Source: Macrostomum lignano
Taxonomy: Eukaryota
Assembly: GCA_002269645.1 (NCBI GenBank)
Contig: NIVC01002558.1
Span: 1-64,000, forward strand
Length of the DNA: 64,000 nt
Reading direction: 5' to 3'
Both the position numbers and the translations under genes were made by a program. The notes beneath the pieces are model-generated. The model saw only the letters and a program-made list of their open reading frames with translations, did not search any database and was not told the origin of the DNA. Shown here piece after piece: positions 59,001 through 64,000 of this stretch. Positions within the stretch are counted from its first letter, which is position 1. Each line of letters opens with the position of its first letter.

Positions 59001-62000
59001 CTCTCATCTCTCCTCTCATCTCTCTCGCCTTTCCCTCTCTTCTCTCATCTCTCGTTTCATCTTTCATCTTCTTTCTCTTCTCTACTTCCTCTCCCCTCCT
59101 CTCATCTGGCTCGCAGCCATTAGCAAGATTCTTTACCTGGACCTTGAGGAAAACAAGTTTGCCGACCTCTGGGTCAGAGCGTCGGACTCACGACGGAAAG
59201 GTCGGAAGTTCGATTCTCGACTCACTCGGAACAATTTGTGTCCTTGAGCAAGACACTTAACTCTGCATTGTTTCAGTTCACCTAGCTGTAAAATGGGTGC
59301 CAGCATTAGCTGGGGTAATTGAGGCTGTGTGTGGCGACCCCCCCCCCCCCAATCCTTGGACTGAACAGCCGTACGCAGCCTTTAGATAGCTGCACATCTG
59401 TCCATCAGGGCAGGTGTAATAAAAATGCTTGAAAATACACGACCTACAAACTATAGTTGGATCTCAACTCAACGACGCTTGTAATAAATTGCAGCAAAAT
59501 TACCGTGTTGAAATGCAACTGCGGACGCAAAAAAACTTTTTCCAACTTAAGCCACCAGTAAATCGAGAGAGACAGATTGGGTCCTATAGAGCCTGAGAAA
59601 ATTCGGAATAGCGAATGATGCAGCGAGTCGCCTTGCTAAGGACGTTTTTTCCACTTACAGTAGCAGCAGTCGCATATCTACATGCAAAATCTCTACACGT
59701 AACAAAAAAATCGCCACACCGAAGAACTCGACTGGCTGCCTCGGTTCCTGCTGCCAACTGTCGGCACTGTTCCACCAGCCGCAGCCCCCGGAGGTCAGAA
59801 CTCTGCCGCCAGTGCCGCTCGTATCGGTGCGCAACGGCCAGCTGCACTTTGACGGTGTTGACTGGACGAAGCGACGAGGAACAGCGGTGCAGCTGGTGCT
59901 GGCCGTGCAGGCTCGGTTTGATTCTGTCGACTCTGGTGGGCAGACCGGCAGCAGCGGCTGGCGCAACCTCAGCCTGCTGGCCGGCGGTCCCGGACCCGTC
60001 CGGCTGGAGGAGCCCCGGCCGGGCCATCGCTACCAGTTCCGGGCGGCCGCGGTGTCTCCCGATGGCAGTCGGGGCTTTGGAAAACCGTCGGAGCCGCTGA
60101 CGTTGCTGCCATTGCAGTCGACAAGGCCGCCAGCTGTCCGGCTGAGCGGCGGCCCAGCCAGCTTCGATGAGTCGACGGCGGCCGGCTGGGCCAGCGTGGC
60201 CGTCTGGTGGTCGCTGATCAATGGCAGTGTTGGCGACACGGAGTACGGCTTTCAGGTAGGCTGCTTACAGGTAGGTTGCTTACAGGTAGGTTGCTTACAG
60301 GTAGGTTGCTTACAGGTAGGTTGCTTACAGGTAGGTTGCTTACAGGTAGGTTGCTTACAGGTAGGTTGCTTACAGGTAGGTTGCTTACAGGTAGGTTGCT
60401 TACAGGTAGGTTGCTTACAGGTAGGTTGCTTACAGGTAGGTTGCTTACAGGTAGGTTGCTTACAGGTAGGTTGCTTACAGGTAGGTTGCTTACAGGTAGG
60501 TTGCTTACAGGTAGGTTGCTTACAGGTAGGTTGCTTACAGGTAGGTTGCTTACAGGTAGGTTGCTTACAGGTAGGTTGTTTACAGGTAGCGCCTTATCGA
60601 ACTCGTTGCCTATAGCTATAAACAGATTTTGCAGATTTGCCTTTTACATGGTGTAAAAAAATTGGAGTTTACCATAGTTTAAAAAAGTCTTAGTTAAGAA
60701 TAAAGGAATCAACTGAAGTGATGGGAACAACCGAAACTTCTTGCTTGATTTGAATTTGGATACATACTTGTAACAAACGATGTCTCTCAGATTAAACAGA
60801 AGTGTTTTACAGGTTATTCGCAATTTATTTCAACCTTTTCACCCGCTGCTTGCAGGTTAGCTGGGCCAAAGCCGCAGCTGGTGTGGATGAGTCGTCTACT
60901 GCTAATTCAGCTGTGAAGATATCGCAGTCACTGCCTGGAGTGAGTTATGGAGTTGATATTTAGGTAACTATGGTAATTACGATACTTACCCTGCATTGCC
61001 ATTTTCTTTCAACTTTTTCAGACGGCAAGAAGTTACCAGATTGAACAACTTGAGCCCGATTCACTGTATCACATTGAGGTGCGTGTATTGAGCACAGGTC
61101 TATTGAGCACTGTTTCACACAGCTACTAACAGTAGGAATAAAGGGTACTTCAATATTATGATCTAAAACATTGAAAATTCGCCATCCTTTGCGCCGATAA
61201 GCGACTGGCCTTTTAGCTCGTACGAGAAGTTTGTTATAATAAACAAAAAATTTTATAGAATTTCCTGTCAAGTCTATGACTATTCAAGCTTCGTGTAGCT
61301 TGTTGATCTTGTACTGTCAATTTTGATAATTTCTTAAAGAAAATCATGTTTAAAGCAGAACAGCATCAGCCCTGAGAGCCAGCTATCTAATCTAAGATAT
61401 CAGCCTCCCCTGTGAACTTTTTGGCCTACCAACAACTCCCAATTGATCCTTGGCATCTGAGCCTGACGCTTGATGCCTTACGCAGGGACTACTTAAACTA
61501 GTTTAAGTAAATGGCCTTAAGTGGCCTTACGATTAGAAAGTCAGGGCCGCTGTACACCCTGCCTGAGTACAGTATTGGCGCGTATGTTATGTGCTCAGGA
61601 GACTGCAGAATGTCGCCGAAGGTGTTGCGCCAGTGTGCCCGCAGCCCCCCTGCAATTATTGATTATTTCTGACACGCCCAGGTTCGCTCCCTGACCGCCA
61701 GCGGCATCTCAGGCCCGCCCAGCCGCATCAGCGTCAGCACCGCCAGACAGCCACCGCCCGCCACCTCTTGGCTTCAAGACCGGGCAGGTGGGAGCTCCTC
61801 CAAGAGTAGTGACAACGGCGGCTGTCCACCTGACGATGACAAGTCGTATCAAACCTACACGCCGAGGACCAGCTTCGCGGACAATGCTGACGGCGTTGTA
61901 GCCACGGTAGGCCTGCTGACCGCCGGTTCCGGTCAGCCGATATTTCTGTTAGAGTGGCGGCGACGCGTCTGCATCGGGGCGCGCGGCGTTGGCGCCAGCG

Positions 62001-62581
62001 CGGCTTTGTCTGGCGCCATTCTTACGACTGCCCAAGAGGTGACTGCCAAAAGATTGGCTTTCTTATCTTTGTCACGCATGTAGAATTCGAAACTAAATTG
62101 CTCCAAATTTTCGAAAATTTCAAATGCAAACAAATACTATTAGCTAATACCACACACCACAAACCACAAATACTAAAAAGCGGTTTTACTGCTGGTGTAT
62201 CTCGCTTGGCTTGTGTCTGGAAAGTTCATATTAAAACATTAGCAGTATTTGCTAAATAAGTTGGAACCGCACGAACCTCGCTTTCAGCTGCGCAACTCGA
62301 CAGTGCGCCTGGGCGGCCTGGAGTTCAACTGCCACTACTGGGCTCGCCTAACGGCACTGCCCCACCGGCATCGGAAGTCTGTGCCATCGTCGATGCCTGC
62401 GCTGCCAAGGCCGAGGAAAACTGCTGCCGTCGAGTGGTGCTTTGTCACCCCGGCTGACTGCCGTGGCCGGCCTGGCTGCGGACCAGAAAGTGAGGAATCT
62501 GGTGAGAATTATTAATTAGTTAGTTAGTTAGTCAGTTAATTAGTTAGTTAGTTAGTTAGTTAGTTAATTAGTTAGTTAGTC

Positions 62582-62638
<57 letters not shown>

Positions 62639-62697
62639 ATTAGTTAGTTAGTCAGTTAGTCAGTTAGTTAGTTAATTAGTTAGTTAGTTAGTTAGTC

Positions 62698-62746
<49 letters not shown>

Positions 62747-62913
62747 ATTAGTTAGTTAGTCAGTTAGTCAGTTAGTTAGTTAGTCAGTTAGTCAGTTAGT
62801 TAGTTAGTTAGTTAATTAGTTAGTTAGTCAGTTAGTCAGTTAGTTAGTTAGTTAGTTAGTCAGTTAGTTAATTAGTTAGTTAGTCAGTTAGTCAGTTAGT
62901 CAGTTAGTTAGTC

Positions 62914-62960
<47 letters not shown>

Positions 62961-62961
62961 C

Positions 62962-63052
<91 letters not shown>

Positions 63053-63053
63053 C

Positions 63054-63103
<50 letters not shown>

Positions 63104-64000
63104 ATATTTTATATATTATATTTTAGAAAATGCTTTGCTTAGAAACTTAATCAATCACAGCGTGTATGTAGCGAACAAATTGCTTTCGAAAAAAATGCAA
63201 AAATATCAGTTTCACTGCTTCATTGATTTTGCCAAAGCTTCAGTTGAAGGCTGGGTTGAAGCAGAGCCTTCAGATTCTTAGAAGGAACGATTCGCATTGG
63301 CATTAAGCATATTAAGCATATTCTGTAGTACATGTAAACTAAAGTGAATGCACATTTCGTTGACATATACAGTGATGCACAGAGGTTGCACAGTGACCCT
63401 GACTTTCACAGCGCCCGACATTTTACAGGCGTAATACCGCTGAGCTGATCAGCCCTTGTGGTATCCATCTTTCTCTTAATTTGAAAAGCCTAAATGCAGC
63501 TGTTTATGCTTGTATACGAGTATAATAGTCTTTACTGTAATTTTTTGTCTCCTCAGTGCTCACTATAGCTAAGAACTTTCCCACCTGACCAGGTCCACCG
63601 ACGGCACCAACTGGACTTGACGTGCAGCCCCTAGCTGGCTCCGTTCAAAACCAACCCGGCTGCCTTGTTACCTGGCGACAGCCTCATTCCGGATGGCGGG
63701 CTCCATCCGCTTATCGAATCGTCTGGAGTCCCAGGCTGGACGACTCGGTAATTCCGGATGTCTCCGGCGCCTCGCCGCTGCAGCCGCGCATCGATCCGGA
63801 GCGGGCGAGAACAAGAGTGGTTGACAAGGTAAACTACCTTTCGGAAACTACGTTACATTACATTTATTCCTTGAGGGTTCTCTCACAGCTTGGGCAGAGT
63901 TCGAACACAATTCAACATAAATTCATATTTTTCAGACAGTCACACGCCTGACAATACGGCCGCTCAACAGGGCGACTCTTTATATTGTGAAGGTCCGCAG
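53057..64000 (+). CDS. ANOS1-like: Anosmin-1/KAL1 homologue, running off the window. Exons approx. 53057-53245, 57075-57152, 58447-58512, 59725-60255, 60856-60939, 61022-61078, 61682-61906, 62261-62489 (or 62501), 63593-63828, 63936-64000
   Basis: Signal peptide, then a Cys box (QARVAAACL...RCRLKADCAA|CW...CEKLCS|...GCLGSC). FN3 repeat RPGHRYQFRAAAVSPDGSRGFGKPS matches human [25 protein letters not shown]. Later LGGLEFNCHYWARL...FVTPADC matches human LQDLSFSCKYKV...FTTPPC. All junctions are phase-compatible. Confidence 0.85.
54285..54730. repeat. Intronic minisatellite, 54-bp unit (~8 copies)
   Basis: (gacacaagaaacaacttgggcacaagagatgactgaacagtgcattctgaaaaa)n. Confidence 0.95.
54860..55905. 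repeat. Intronic minisatellite, 35-bp unit
   Basis: (gcagtgtcctggaagacacaagagaactcggcagt)n. Confidence 0.95.
58743..59430 (+). mobile_element. tRNA-derived SINE with a CORE-like domain, interrupted by a hAT MITE
   Basis: A box tagcccagtggttagag and B box gttcgattc. 59235-59297 (tgtgtccttgagcaagacacttaac...tcagttcacctagctgtaaaatggg) resembles the MIR/CORE domain. The 3' end is approximate. Confidence 0.75.
58768..59171 (-). mobile_element. hAT-type MITE with TC-rich core inserted into the SINE head
   Basis: TIR cagaggtcgg... / ...gtttgccgacctctg, with 8-bp TSD ggttagag / ggtcagag (7/8). Confidence 0.85.
60256..60590 (+). repeat. 15-bp tandem array starting at an anosmin splice donor
   Basis: (gtaggttgcttacag)n, about 22 copies. 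Confidence 0.96.
62515..63105. repeat. (TTAG)n microsatellite, intronic
   Basis: Directly visible, with TCAG and TAAT variants. Confidence 0.97.

Noticed and set aside
58743-59225. Possible tRNA gene
   Set aside because: The acceptor and T stems do not pair properly, it is interrupted by a MITE, and it continues into a SINE core, so it is treated as a SINE head.
25605-61640. Hammerhead ribozyme in the unclassified dispersed repeat
   Set aside because: No CUGANGA followed by GAAA core on the same strand in the copies I examined.

Overview
Eukaryotic (animal) genomic DNA with two very different compartments. (1) Bases 1-12431 are the AT-rich right arm of an endogenous Polinton/Maverick (adintovirus-like) dsDNA virus. 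It carries an A32 packaging ATPase, penton-like minor capsid protein, adenain-type protease, a multi-domain fibre-like protein ending in glycan-binding domains, several small accessory ORFs, a ~1300-codon protein-primed PolB and two Gly-rich core-like proteins, and it ends in ...TACTACT. The frameshifts I could reconstruct are single-base losses in short homopolymers, so the element may be intact and young. It has unusual hairpin architecture: a nested inverted copy of the terminus, a perfect 30-bp inverted repeat, and three GC-rich double-hairpin units sitting inside ATPase and PolB coding sequence. Major capsid protein, integrase and the left end are not in the window. (2) Bases 12432-64000 are host DNA with GC-rich exons and introns filled with locus-specific minisatellites. 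This style suggests a flatworm such as Macrostomum, which is inference only. Host genes: a MATE/SLC47 transporter, a heparan sulfate 3-O-sulfotransferase, a PAM2-motif protein, CAAP1, a coiled-coil gene, a ZMYND15-like gene, an SLC35D nucleotide-sugar transporter and an anosmin-1/KAL1 homologue that appears to lack the WAP domain. Mobile elements: an internally deleted Ty3/Gypsy element with identical LTRs inserted in a (TATC)n tract, hAT-type and Harbinger-type MITEs, a CORE-SINE-like element and an unclassified dispersed repeat. All homology calls come from motif recognition by eye; no searches were run.
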